In this document: one piece after another, positions 40,875 to 51,062 of the stretch
Layout: each line of letters begins with the position of its first letter
Numbering within the stretch: the stretch's first letter is position 1
Origin: an uncultured Candidatus Binatia bacterium
Lineage (GTDB): Bacteria; Desulfobacterota; Binatia; UBA9968; CAXXLF01
DNA length: 64,000 nt
NCBI GenBank assembly: GCA_965218425.1
Contig: OZ244621.1
Coordinates: 3,072,001 to 3,136,000 of the forward strand
Direction: 5' to 3'
Notes under the pieces: generated by a model
The model's input: the letters and a program-made list of their open reading frames with translations, nothing else
Told to the model about the DNA's origin: nothing
Databases searched by the model: none
Program-made: the position numbers and the translations under genes

Positions 40875-41876
40875 GTGACGGGAACCATGAACGTGCAAAA
40901 ATCTTCCCGGGGAGGGAAGAGGCCGAATAGCGATCAAAACCTGGAGAAAGCCCATGGACTACTCGATGTGGGGGTCGTTGGAGTTGGGTATGTAGGCAAG
41001 CGACACGCCGAAAAGTATGCAGCCTCTGGCAAGGCTCAGTTGATGGGTGTGGTGGATATTGTTCCAGAGCGGAGCAAACAGGTGGGTGAAGAGCTTGACG
41101 TGACTTCCCTCACGGATTATCGTGACCTGTTCGGCCTCGTGAACTGCGTAAGCATCGCTGTCCCCACTAACCTTCACTTTCCCGTGGCCAGTGCCTTTCT
41201 GTCTGCCGGGATTGATGTGTTGGTTGAGAAACCCATGGCCGCCACGTTGGAAGAGGGCGGGAAGTTAGTCGATCTGGCAAAGGAGAAAAAACGTATACTT
41301 CAAATTGGCCACTTGGAGCGGTTTAATCCTGCCGTGCGTAAATTGGAGACCGTCATTCGAGACCCTAGGTTTATTGAATGCCATCGTCTCGCCTCCTTTG
41401 TGGAACGCGGAACGGACGTGGATGTGGTTTTTGATCTCATGATTCACGACATTGACGTCATCGCAAGCCTAGTCCGGGCGCCGGTGGAGGAAGTCCACGC
41501 AGTGGGAGTGCCGATCTTGACGGATAAACCGGATATCGCCAATGCACGTTTACAATTTGCCAACGGAAGTGTTGCCAATGTTACGGCGAGTCGGGTTTCC
41601 ATGAAACGAGAAAGAAAGATCCGTTTTTTTCAGCCGGATGCCTATATTTCGCTCGATTACGATGGTAAACGAGCGCAAATCTATCGCAAGTCGGGGACTG
41701 GAAAGGGATTAGAGAGCATTCTAGCTGAGACGATGGAAATGCAAGAGGGGGACGCCCTGGCGGATGAGATTGACTCGTTTCTAAATTCAGTTAAATCCCG
41801 TGAAAGGCCTCTGGTGAGTGGAGAGGAAGGGCTGACAGCCCTCAGAATTGCGTCAATGATTAGTAACCAGCTTTGA
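40875..41876 (+). CDS. Gfo/Idh/MocA oxidoreductase (GnnA-like)
   Basis: GVGYVG, VEKP, GHLERFNPA, DLMIHDID; located between lpxI and lpxB. Confidence 0.88.
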   Translation: MTGTMNVQKSSRGGKRPNSDQNLEKAHGLLDVGVVGVGYVGKRHAEKYAASGKAQLMGVVDIVPERSKQVGEELDVTSLTDYRDLFGLVNCVSIAVPTNLHFPVASAFLSAGIDVLVEKPMAATLEEGGKLVDLAKEKKRILQIGHLERFNPAVRKLETVIRDPRFIECHRLASFVERGTDVDVVFDLMIHDIDVIASLVRAPVEEVHAVGVPILTDKPDIANARLQFANGSVANVTASRVSMKRERKIRFFQPDAYISLDYDGKRAQIYRKSGTGKGLESILAETMEMQEGDALADEIDSFLNSVKSRERPLVSGEEGLTALRIASMISNQL

Positions 41877-43042
41877 GACGGCGGGTTCAGGATTTGATGG
41901 AAATGCCGAACCAGGCCAAGCGGATTATGCTCGTGGTGGGGGAAGCCTCTGGGGACCTTTATGGAGCCCAGTTGGTCAATCATCTTTACCGGCAGAATCC
42001 GAGCCTGGACATATACGGAGTGGCCGGGGAGAACCTCAAACGTGAAGGGATCAGAGTGCTCTTTGATGTGGCTCGACTGGCAGGTATGGGCCTAGCTGAG
42101 CTGGTGGGAAACCTTAGATCTCTATGGAATGCCTATTGGCTCTTGCGGAAGTCACTAAGAGATCAGAGACCGGATCTGCTAATCCTAATTGACTTCCCTG
42201 AGTTCAATTTGCGGTTAGCACGGCTGGCCCATCGTTGGGAGATCCCAGTGCTTTATTACATCAGCCCACAGGTTTGGGCATGGCGAAAAGGAAGGACCCG
42301 GAAAATTGCCCGCTGGGTGAGCCGGGTTGCTGTGGTTTTTCCCTTCGAGGTCCCTCTGTACGAGAGAGAAGGGGCTCGGGTCACATTTGTGGGTCATCCA
42401 CTTCTTGACGTGGTTCATTGCAGTGAGTCCCGGGACATTACCCTTAAGCGTCATGGCCTTGATCCCACGAAACAGACCATCGTGATGCTGCCCGGGAGTC
42501 GGAGAAGGGAAGTGGAATATTTACTCCCTTTGATGCTTCGAGCCGCCACTCGTTTGTGTACTCAGCGTGAGATTCAATTTGTAGTCCTCAAGGCAAGTAC
42601 CGTTGATCGTGAACAACTCGAGACCTTGCTGTCAATGGCTCCCGTGCCGGTTGTCATGGTCGAGATGGATGCCTACAACTTGATGAATGCTTCGGATATG
42701 GCCTGGGTAGCCTCGGGGACGGCTACTCTTGAAGCGGCACTGCTAAGAAAACCCATGATCGTGGTCTACCGATTGTCCCGTTTAACCTACGCCCTCGCTC
42801 GATTGCTGGTCCGTGTAAATTACATTGGAATGGTCAATATTGTTGCCGGAGCTAGGGTTGTCCCGGAGCTAATCCAAGACGATGTAACGGAGGATAGAAT
42901 CTGTACGGAGACCCAGCGGATCCTTACCGATCCCAACCTGACGCGACAAATAGTAAAAAGATTGGAAGACGTGCGGGAACGCCTTGGTTCTCCGGGCGCG
43001 CCTCGGCGTGTGGCGGAAATGGCGCTTTCGTTAATCAATTGA
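41873..43042 (+). CDS. lpxB: Lipid-A-disaccharide synthase
   Basis: GEASGD, IDFPEFN, SPQVWAWR, FVGHP, LPGSR, SGTATLE. Confidence 0.97.
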   Translation: MRRRVQDLMEMPNQAKRIMLVVGEASGDLYGAQLVNHLYRQNPSLDIYGVAGENLKREGIRVLFDVARLAGMGLAELVGNLRSLWNAYWLLRKSLRDQRPDLLILIDFPEFNLRLARLAHRWEIPVLYYISPQVWAWRKGRTRKIARWVSRVAVVFPFEVPLYEREGARVTFVGHPLLDVVHCSESRDITLKRHGLDPTKQTIVMLPGSRRREVEYLLPLMLRAATRLCTQREIQFVVLKASTVDREQLETLLSMAPVPVVMVEMDAYNLMNASDMAWVASGTATLEAALLRKPMIVVYRLSRLTYALARLLVRVNYIGMVNIVAGARVVPELIQDDVTEDRICTETQRILTDPNLTRQIVKRLEDVRERLGSPGAPRRVAEMALSLIN

Positions 43043-43064
43043 TTTTGTTGCGAGAGGAGAAAGG

Positions 43065-44819
43065 TTGAGCAACTATTTAAGATTGCTTCAGTATCTGAAG
43101 CCGTATATTTGGCCTTACTTCACCATAGCAATGGTCTGTATGGTGGGTTACAGCGCCACCATGGGGGTGCTTCCCTTCGTCGTAGAAAGGGTTTTTGATG
43201 ACGTTTTTGCACGAAAGGATCAGGCGGCTCTTCGATACCTCCCGTTCGTTATCATCGCTGTGTTCGGCTTTCGGGGCCTAATGAACTTTGGCCAAAGTTT
43301 CTTGACCGATTATGTAGGTCTTCGAATCATTACCGATGTTCGGTACGCAATCAATCGTCATTTGCAGTTTCTACCCCTTTCCTTTTTCCAACGAAATCCA
43401 ACGGGCACCCTCATCTCCCGCGTGAATAACGACGTGGCGTTGATTCGATACGGACTCACCGATGCTGCCGCGTCCCTGCTACGGGATTCCACCTCCCTGT
43501 TGGCCCTAATTACAGTGGCGTTCTTAAAAGATTGGGTTCTAGCGACCATTGCGTTCGCGGTATTCCCCTCGTCGGTTTTACCTGTTTTGCGCATCAGTAA
43601 AAAGATAAAGCGATTTACGAGGCGGGGGCAAATTAGCATTGGAAACCTGACCACAGTGTTACAGGAAAGTATACAAGGGAACCGAGTCGTCAAGGCCTTT
43701 GGCATGGAGAATTACGAGATAGAAAGATTTTCCAATGAGAATTTGCGTCTATTGAAACAATTTGTTCGTGCCAGTCGCGCGAAAGCCGTGGTCACCCCCG
43801 CCATGGAATTGCTCTCATCCATGGCCATCGGCTCAGTGGTTTGGTATGGCGGATCCAGTGTAATTGGCGGCGGGCGAACCCAGGGGGAATTCATGGCCTT
43901 TATGACGGCCATGTTCCTTATGTATCAGCCCTTCAAGCATCTCAGCCAGACGTATTCAACCATTTATCAGGCTTTGGCCGGAGCCGAGAGGGTATTTGAA
44001 GTCCTCGATTATGTTCCGGAGATCAGGGATAACCCCGGTTCTCAGGAAGTCCCGCGCCTGGTTCAGGGAATTGAATTGCGTGACGTGAGCTTTGGCTATG
44101 GCCATGGGTTGGTTCTCAAGAACGTCAACCTTAAATTGGATTGGGGATCCGTGGTGGCCCTGGTGGGTGTCAGTGGTGTGGGTAAGAGTACGTTGGCGGA
44201 TCTAATCCCGCGGTTTTACGACGTGAGTTCAGGAAAGATCACTATTGATGGTGTGGATATTCGTGAGGCGACTCTTGAATCCCTTCGTTCCCAAATTGGG
44301 ATTGTTACTCAACACACGTTTCTCTTCAATGATACCGTGAAAAATAACATTGCCTATGGAGACCGAAGCAAGGATATGGAACAAATCGTCGCCGCAGCCA
44401 AGGCTGCCTACGCCCATGATTTTATCATGGCATTGCCTGAGGGCTATGACACGGTGGTAGGTGAAATGGGTAAAAAGCTCTCCGGAGGTCAACAGCAACG
44501 GTTGGCCATCGCCCGGGCACTCCTTAAAGATGGGCCTATTCTAATTCTGGATGAAGCCACATCCGCTCTCGATGCAGAATCCGAGAGATCGGTGCAGGAG
44601 GCTTTAGAAAACTTAATGACACGACGAACCACGTTGGTCATTGCTCACAGACTTTCTACCATCCGGAAGGCGAACCGAATCGCTGTCTTGTCGGAGGGGA
44701 CCATTGTTGAACAGGGCACTCACGACGAACTGTTGGCGCGAAAGACGGAGTACAGCAGGCTCTACACCTTACAGTTCCTGGAGCAGGAGGGGAATTCGCA
44801 GGCAAAGATTCTGCATTGA
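43065..44819 (+). CDS. msbA: Lipid A flippase MsbA
   Basis: ABC TM domain plus NBD (GVSGVGKST, LSGGQQQR, LDEATS); located between lpxB and waaA. Confidence 0.92.
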   Translation: MSNYLRLLQYLKPYIWPYFTIAMVCMVGYSATMGVLPFVVERVFDDVFARKDQAALRYLPFVIIAVFGFRGLMNFGQSFLTDYVGLRIITDVRYAINRHLQFLPLSFFQRNPTGTLISRVNNDVALIRYGLTDAAASLLRDSTSLLALITVAFLKDWVLATIAFAVFPSSVLPVLRISKKIKRFTRRGQISIGNLTTVLQESIQGNRVVKAFGMENYEIERFSNENLRLLKQFVRASRAKAVVTPAMELLSSMAIGSVVWYGGSSVIGGGRTQGEFMAFMTAMFLMYQPFKHLSQTYSTIYQALAGAERVFEVLDYVPEIRDNPGSQEVPRLVQGIELRDVSFGYGHGLVLKNVNLKLDWGSVVALVGVSGVGKSTLADLIPRFYDVSSGKITIDGVDIREATLESLRSQIGIVTQHTFLFNDTVKNNIAYGDRSKDMEQIVAAAKAAYAHDFIMALPEGYDTVVGEMGKKLSGGQQQRLAIARALLKDGPILILDEATSALDAESERSVQEALENLMTRRTTLVIAHRLSTIRKANRIAVLSEGTIVEQGTHDELLARKTEYSRLYTLQFLEQEGNSQAKILH

Positions 44820-44825
44820 GAATCC

Positions 44826-46112
44826 ATGATTTATTGGATTTATAATATTCTCGTCACACTTTTTTTAACCCTGGGGCTACTCTTGTTCCCTCTGGCTTTT
44901 TTGTTTGGAAGAAGGATGTGGGAAGGCGCTTGGGAACGAATGGCGGTATATCCCCGCGAATTGAGGAAATCTCTGGAAGGCCATCGCCCAGTCTGGGTAC
45001 ACGCTGTTTCAGTGGGCGAAGTGCGGTCTGCGGCCTGTCTCACGCGGCAGATTAAGGTAGAGTACCCGGACCGAAAGATTGTTCTATCCACATTGACTCG
45101 CGCAGGGAAGAAGACTGCCCAGCAGATGGATGCAGGTTTGGATGGGATTATCTATTTTCCCATCGACCATCCCTGGATTGTCCGCCGTGCTATACTTCAG
45201 TTTGACCCGTCTCTTTTGATCTTTCTAGAGACTGAGATTTGGCCGAATTTTTTGCGGTTGGCCTATGGCCAAGGAATTCCAACTCTGATGTTGAGTGGTC
45301 GAGTTTCGCCCCGGGCATTTCGTCGCTATCGCGTTTTCCGCTGGTTTTTCTCCTCCGTCCTAAACAAATTTACCTCCATGGGTATGCAGAATGGCGATAA
45401 TGCAGAGCGGATCATCCACTTGGGGGCGAATCCAGAAAAGGTGAGCATTACAGGCAATCTCAAACGGGCCCTTGGTGATGAGAAGGCTACCGCAATGGAA
45501 ACCGGCAATGGGGGGTTATCCCTCGACGGCAAAGGTAGCCGTCGAATCCTGGTTGCGGGAAGTACCCATCGAGGAGAGGAAGAGGTGTTGCTGGATGTGT
45601 TTCAATTTCTCAAATCCAGTATCCCTGATCTGTTGATGATATTGGCCCCACGGCATCCTCAGCGGTTTAGGGAAGTGGAACGATTGTTAAAGCGAAAGAG
45701 CGTGAGCTACGAAAAAAGGAGCCGGCTGAATGGCCGATTGGTAACATGGCCTGATGTGATCTTTCTCGATACCATGGGAAATCTTCCGGCAGTGTACCGC
45801 TTCGCGGACGTTACCTTTGTGGGTGGGAGTTTGGTGAATGTGGGAGGGCATAACCCCATAGAACCCGCACGATGGGGCAATCCAATTCTATTCGGTCCTC
45901 ACATGACGAATTTCTCGGACATTGCCAGGGCGATGAAAACCAGGGGAGCCGGCATCGAGGTCCAGGATAGGGAAGGCCTAATTCAAGCAATAACCTCACT
46001 CCTTAATGATCCGCAAAAGGCGCGGAGGGTAGGGGAACGGGCTCGGGAAGTGGCCGGCGAAGACTCGAGAGTCACTGAGCGTAGCATGAGATTGGTAAGT
46101 CCCTTCATCTAG
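44826..46112 (+). CDS. waaA: Kdo transferase
   Basis: WVHAVSVGE, ETEIWPN, AGSTH, APRHPQR, GGHNPIEPA. Confidence 0.96.
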   Translation: MIYWIYNILVTLFLTLGLLLFPLAFLFGRRMWEGAWERMAVYPRELRKSLEGHRPVWVHAVSVGEVRSAACLTRQIKVEYPDRKIVLSTLTRAGKKTAQQMDAGLDGIIYFPIDHPWIVRRAILQFDPSLLIFLETEIWPNFLRLAYGQGIPTLMLSGRVSPRAFRRYRVFRWFFSSVLNKFTSMGMQNGDNAERIIHLGANPEKVSITGNLKRALGDEKATAMETGNGGLSLDGKGSRRILVAGSTHRGEEEVLLDVFQFLKSSIPDLLMILAPRHPQRFREVERLLKRKSVSYEKRSRLNGRLVTWPDVIFLDTMGNLPAVYRFADVTFVGGSLVNVGGHNPIEPARWGNPILFGPHMTNFSDIARAMKTRGAGIEVQDREGLIQAITSLLNDPQKARRVGERAREVAGEDSRVTERSMRLVSPFI

Positions 46113-46198
46113 AACATGGGACACCGCTGGCCTTCGGCGACCCTGTGTGATTGCGAACGTGAATGCTGAAATCCATGGTGGGCTTTAGAGTTTGATGA

Positions 46199-47284
46199 AT
46201 GGATGGGGGTTCTTTGGCTCGAAGAGTCTGGGAGCGGAGAGGCCCTCTAGGGTGGCTCCTTTGGTTTGTAGTCCTCCCTTTGTCCTTGTTCTACTCCACG
46301 GTAATTAGAATTCGAAATTTTTTCTATTCAACGGGATGGAGGCCCAGCAGGGACCTCCCCTGCGCCGTGGTGAGCGTAGGGAATCTAACGGTGGGTGGAA
46401 CGGGTAAGACTCCGACCACTTTGTGGCTTGCAGAAGAGCTGATTCAGCAGGGATATCGGGTGGCAATACTCAGTCGCGGTTACAAGGGCGCCGGATTGGG
46501 TTCTAGGATTCTGGAGCCGGGATTTGTGGGAGGGGAAGACCGCGTGAGCGCAGGTGATGAACCGCTGGTAATGGCTCAGATTTATGGGCACAGGGTGGGC
46601 CTCGGAAAAAAGAGGTGGAATACTGCAAATCTGATGCTTCGTCAATCCCCCATCGATGTTTTTTTATTGGATGACGGATTCCAGCATCGCCGGTTGGTGC
46701 GTGATCTAGACCTCCTTTTGCTGGGACAAGAATGGAGCGGGTGGGTGATTCCTGCAGGCCCGTTTCGGGAGCCCAGAAGTGCGCTCGCCCGGGCTCACCT
46801 GTATCTCATTACGGGGTCCGGGGCGAGGTGGGAGGCCGTCCTGGGACGACGTGGAGGACCGTCAGAGACCTTCAGCGGTCGCCTTGAACCTAGATCCTTT
46901 TTGCTCAAAGATGACGATGGTTGGGGCGAGTTACCGTTGGCAGAGATTTCCAACTCTAAGGTGTTAGCGGTCTCAGGAATCGCACGCCCCGAATTATTTT
47001 ACTATATGATTCAAGAATGGGGTGGAAACATTGTGAATACTATGGAATTCCGAGATCATCACAACTATTCTATCAAGGACTGGCAGGAAATCAGCAGGGC
47101 CGCCCGTCATGCCGACCGAATCGTTACCACTGAAAAAGATATGGTTAAGTTGATCCAATTCCCTTTTGCGAAAGGAAGCATTCTTGCTTTGCGAGTGAAA
47201 ATGATGGTGGAAAGGGGTGAGGACTTGATCAGCGCAGTGCAGAGGGCCATCCAAACGAAAAGAGAAAGGTTTGAGACCGAGTAG
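46199..47284 (+). CDS. lpxK: Tetraacyldisaccharide 4'-kinase
   Basis: VGNLTVGGTGKTP, SRGY, GDEP, DDGFQH, GPFRE, TTEKD. Confidence 0.97.
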   Translation: MDGGSLARRVWERRGPLGWLLWFVVLPLSLFYSTVIRIRNFFYSTGWRPSRDLPCAVVSVGNLTVGGTGKTPTTLWLAEELIQQGYRVAILSRGYKGAGLGSRILEPGFVGGEDRVSAGDEPLVMAQIYGHRVGLGKKRWNTANLMLRQSPIDVFLLDDGFQHRRLVRDLDLLLLGQEWSGWVIPAGPFREPRSALARAHLYLITGSGARWEAVLGRRGGPSETFSGRLEPRSFLLKDDDGWGELPLAEISNSKVLAVSGIARPELFYYMIQEWGGNIVNTMEFRDHHNYSIKDWQEISRAARHADRIVTTEKDMVKLIQFPFAKGSILALRVKMMVERGEDLISAVQRAIQTKRERFETE

Positions 47285-47287
47285 ACC

Positions 47288-47887
47288 ATGGCGGTTCGAA
47301 CTCCAGCGGTCTTTGTGGACCGCGATGGGACTTTAATACGAGAGGTGGGTTATCTCTCGCGGCTGGATCAGATTGAGCTCCTTCCGAGGGTGCCGGAGGC
47401 GGTCCAGTTGCTCCGGTCCCATGGTCTAAAGGTGGTCATGGTAACGAACCAATCGGCCGTTGCTCGAAAGATTATTAGCGAACGACACCTACACGAGATT
47501 CACCTTGAGATCGAAAGGGTATTAAGTCAAGGCGGCGCTTTCCTGGACGGTGTGTATTATTGTCCGCACCATCCAACGGAGGGAACGTATCCCTATCGAG
47601 TCTCTTGTGGATGCCGCAAGCCGAAAACTGCAATGGTGGAACGAGCATGCCTGGAACTGGCATTGGATCCGCGTCTCTCCTATGTCATTGGGGATCAGAT
47701 GAGCGACATGGAGTTGGCCACGCGAGCGGGAGCCCGGGGAATCCTGCTAGAGTCTCGGACCCCAGAGAAGGGCGGATCCGGTGGCGGACGGGTAGAACCT
47801 CGTTATGTGCCCGTGGCGGATCTTTGGACCGCCACCCAGAGGATCGTGGGCCATCTTAGTGGCAAAGGGACACTGGAGGGCGAGTGA
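47288..47887 (+). CDS. gmhB: D,D-heptose 1,7-bisphosphate phosphatase
   Basis: DRDGTL, TNQS, CPHHP, CRKP, IGD. Confidence 0.92.
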   Translation: MAVRTPAVFVDRDGTLIREVGYLSRLDQIELLPRVPEAVQLLRSHGLKVVMVTNQSAVARKIISERHLHEIHLEIERVLSQGGAFLDGVYYCPHHPTEGTYPYRVSCGCRKPKTAMVERACLELALDPRLSYVIGDQMSDMELATRAGARGILLESRTPEKGGSGGGRVEPRYVPVADLWTATQRIVGHLSGKGTLEGE

Positions 47888-48135
47888 AATTAAAGGGATT
47901 TCCAATTTGACGTAGCCGTGCGACACTTGCTCTCAGGAGAACTCGAAACCTCGTGTTGTTCGAACTCGGGGGTGAACAGGCGCAGAGTTTTAGTGGGACT
48001 CAATCCAAGGTCAGCCCTAAAAATCTCCAAGGACAAGTGTTAAGCAGAAGGTATTGGAAAAAGAGGATTCAAAATAAACCGCCGGTCATCGCTTAACGAA
48101 CGTGCTGTTAACATAGATTGAGTAGGGGTGTCTTA

Positions 48136-48303
48136 ATGCCAATCAGTCAGGACTTACTGGATATCTTAGCGTGTCCCAAGTGTAAGGGGAACATCCATGT
48201 GAACGAACCTGGGGATGGCCTCATCTGTGAGGCGTGTCGGTTGATGTACCCCATTAGAGACGATATCCCCATCATGCTCATTGACGAGGCGGTCAAACTG
48301 TGA
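48136..48303 (+). CDS. Trm112/YcaR family protein
   Basis: LLDILACPKCKG..C..C..YPIRDDIPIMLIDEA. Confidence 0.93.
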   Translation: MPISQDLLDILACPKCKGNIHVNEPGDGLICEACRLMYPIRDDIPIMLIDEAVKL

Positions 48304-48344
48304 GAATCAAGGCCGAGGTCTGAGGGGTATCAGGAAAATGTCAC

Positions 48345-49472
48345 ATGGGTAACCCGGTACACGTTCCTGATGGCGGTAAGGGGCTGAGGATTCTAATCAA
48401 CCAAACCAGCTACCTTGGTGATGTGCTGCTGACGACTCCGCTTGTGGCCGAACTTCGCCGCTGTTTGCCTGAGGCGAAATTGGATTTTCTCTGTACTCCA
48501 CGGGCCATGAGTCTTGTGGAAAATAATCCGGATTTGGACCATGTCATTGCGGACGATAAGAGCGGAGAGGGGAGAGGCCTTAAAGGGGTATGGCGCGTGG
48601 CGATGAATTTGAGAGGCCGGAGTTACGCCATAGCCATATCACCTCATAAATCGTTGCGTAGCGCGCTTCTACTTTTTCTCGCCCGTATTGCGTGCCGTAT
48701 CGGGTTTCGCCAGAGCAAGGGATGGTTCCTCTATCATCATCGAGTGAATCGAGACGCGAAGTTACACGACGTGGACCGGAACCTTTCCCTCCTTCAACCC
48801 TTTGGTTTGGATCCTCGAATATCTCAAAGGGCATTGCGAATTGAGATGGAGCCAGTGACTCGGAACCGTGTGGCACAAGTTTGTGATTCCTTGGGACTCC
48901 GCAAGCGCGACGGTCAACTCATCTTTGGGATCAATCCCGGCTCCGTCTGGCCAACCAAAAGGTGGTCTGCTGAGGGCTACGCAAGTCTGATGGTTCAGTT
49001 AAAAAAGAAGTACCCCTGTGAAGTGGTTTTGTTCGGCGGCCCAGAGGACCGGGAGACCGCTGATCGGATTCAAGAGCTGTCCGGCCACGTTGGATTGGAT
49101 CTGGTTGGACGCACCAGCTTGGGGGAACTTCCCGGTGCACTGCAACGATGCGACCTATTGATAACCAATGATAGCGCACCCATGCATATCGCCGTTGCTC
49201 GAGGAATTCCAGTGGTTGCTCTTTTCTGTGCAACGACTCCCTCCCTGGGATTTTATCCCTATTCCTCTAGGGCTGCGGTTGTCCAGAAAGAACTTCCCTG
49301 CCGTCCTTGCACGTCCCATGGGGGGAGGCGCTGCCCTCTGGGAACAGAGGACTGCATTCACTTGATAGGGCCAGAAGATGTCCTGCGCGGTGTTGAACAG
49401 GTCATGAAGGGTGAAAACCAGAGGGATTCCACAACAGAGAATCTCTTTGCGCCTCATTTTATTACGCTCTAG
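48345..49472 (+). CDS. GT9 lipopolysaccharide heptosyltransferase (WaaF-like)
   Basis: LGDVLL, PGSVWPTKRW, TNDSAPMHIA, CRPC. Confidence 0.9.
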   Translation: MGNPVHVPDGGKGLRILINQTSYLGDVLLTTPLVAELRRCLPEAKLDFLCTPRAMSLVENNPDLDHVIADDKSGEGRGLKGVWRVAMNLRGRSYAIAISPHKSLRSALLLFLARIACRIGFRQSKGWFLYHHRVNRDAKLHDVDRNLSLLQPFGLDPRISQRALRIEMEPVTRNRVAQVCDSLGLRKRDGQLIFGINPGSVWPTKRWSAEGYASLMVQLKKKYPCEVVLFGGPEDRETADRIQELSGHVGLDLVGRTSLGELPGALQRCDLLITNDSAPMHIAVARGIPVVALFCATTPSLGFYPYSSRAAVVQKELPCRPCTSHGGRRCPLGTEDCIHLIGPEDVLRGVEQVMKGENQRDSTTENLFAPHFITL

Positions 49473-49480
49473 CGATTTCC

Positions 49481-50194
49481 ATGTCTAGTTTGGGTGTCGT
49501 CGTGTTTAGCCTTGGGGGGATGAAACATCTTCCGCAATGCCTGGACAGTGTTCAATGGGCGGACGTGGTGACGGTTTGGGACTTGGATACAAAGCGGGAC
49601 TTTGATCCTGTTAAAGAGACGGCGCGTTTGGCTCGGGAAACCAAGACCGATTGGGTGCTCTATCTGTGGGGAGAGGAGAAGGTGGGACCGGAACTGGGGG
49701 AGGAGCTGAAGCTGATTTGCCAAGCAGACCTTCGAACCGCCCCGCTGTTTCACCTTATTCCCGTACGTTCCTTGATACTGGGACGTTGGGTAAAGGGAAG
49801 CCTTTGGGGGCCGTTGCCGTCCTGCCGTTTGTGGCGTCGGAGTATGAGCCCACCCGATGGTTGGTGGAGTTTGGATCGTGAGCTGCGTGGGGGCTCTTCG
49901 AAGACGCTGAGGCACGGGATTGAGGATTACTCCTGTGCCGAGCTGAAGGAGGGTGTAGAGCGAGTAAATCAAATCTCAAGTCTCATGGCAGAACAACTTA
50001 AGTTCGAGGGACGAACTCTTGGCGCGGCATCCATTTCCCTTTACCCTATTCGTGTTCTGTTTCGACTTCTCCTGATCAACGGTCTTCTCCTTGACGGGCT
50101 GCCCGGGTTGAGCCTGTCAGGGCTGGCAGCGTACTCAACTCTAGTGAGTGGTATGAAGTGGTGGGAAACCCACCACTCGGCTACCGGACCATGA
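49481..50194 (+). CDS. Degenerate GT2-like protein
   Basis: LPQCLDSVQWAD..TDWVLYLWGEE..LLDGLPG aligns to the GT2 at 54702 but lacks DxD. Confidence 0.65.
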   Translation: MSSLGVVVFSLGGMKHLPQCLDSVQWADVVTVWDLDTKRDFDPVKETARLARETKTDWVLYLWGEEKVGPELGEELKLICQADLRTAPLFHLIPVRSLILGRWVKGSLWGPLPSCRLWRRSMSPPDGWWSLDRELRGGSSKTLRHGIEDYSCAELKEGVERVNQISSLMAEQLKFEGRTLGAASISLYPIRVLFRLLLINGLLLDGLPGLSLSGLAAYSTLVSGMKWWETHHSATGP

Positions 50195-50288
50195 GCTTAC
50201 GGACCGTGCCCAATTCGCCCCAAGGGTGATCTGTACCCACCGCCAGGGTGCTGGAGTCTATCCCTAGCTGGGTAAGTATTGAGGAAGA

Positions 50289-51062
50289 TTGCGAAAAATA
50301 CTAGAAGAATGGCTCTGGCCCGATAATTCTATGGGCTTTAAAAGGGTTTACTTGAGCCGTAAGCAGTTGATATTGGCACGCGAGGAGATGGACGGCCACA
50401 GGATCGCTTCCATGGTTTTTTCCTCCAATTCGCCGGGAGACGAGTCCACCCCCCATTATGGAAGAGGTGCGCTCCGTCGGATCCAACTAAATCACCATGA
50501 CGTTGCCTTAGTACGGACCTACTACCATGGAGGACTGTTTCGCAAAGTGACAGGTAAATTCTTCTTCACCTGGCCTGCTCGACCGTTCAAGGAATTGGTC
50601 ATGACTGAAAATGTGCGTGAGCGTGGAATTCCAACTTTAGAAGTCTTGGCAGCCATTGTGGAGAGGTGTTGGGGACCTGTGTATCGCGGTTGGCTGGTCA
50701 CTCGGGAATTGGGAGGGGCCGAAGACCTCTGGACCGCCTTAAAGACGGTGACCCAGTCTCGATATCGAACCTTGCTTCTTCAGGCTGCAGCCGTGAGTGT
50801 AAGGCAGATGCATCGTGAGGGGGTCTATCACATCGACCTTAATTTAAAAAATATTTTGATTCGAGGGGAGGGTGAAGAGGTTAAGGCCTATCTCATTGAT
50901 TTTGACAAAGCAAGGCTTTATCCCCATGGGATTCCCTTGCACCAAGCGAAGAGGAACTTGAGTCGATTGTCGCGGTCAGCGCGGAAACTGGATCCCGGTG
51001 GGGAGTATTTTTCCAAAGGGGATTGGGCTGCATTTATGGCTTTTTATGAGCAAGGTCAATGA
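50289..51062 (+). CDS. kdkA: Kdo kinase KdkA-like / LPS kinase
   Basis: GRG, RTYYHGGL, YRGWLVT, HIDLNLKNIL, LIDFDK. Confidence 0.78.
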   Translation: MRKILEEWLWPDNSMGFKRVYLSRKQLILAREEMDGHRIASMVFSSNSPGDESTPHYGRGALRRIQLNHHDVALVRTYYHGGLFRKVTGKFFFTWPARPFKELVMTENVRERGIPTLEVLAAIVERCWGPVYRGWLVTRELGGAEDLWTALKTVTQSRYRTLLLQAAAVSVRQMHREGVYHIDLNLKNILIRGEGEEVKAYLIDFDKARLYPHGIPLHQAKRNLSRLSRSARKLDPGGEYFSKGDWAAFMAFYEQGQ

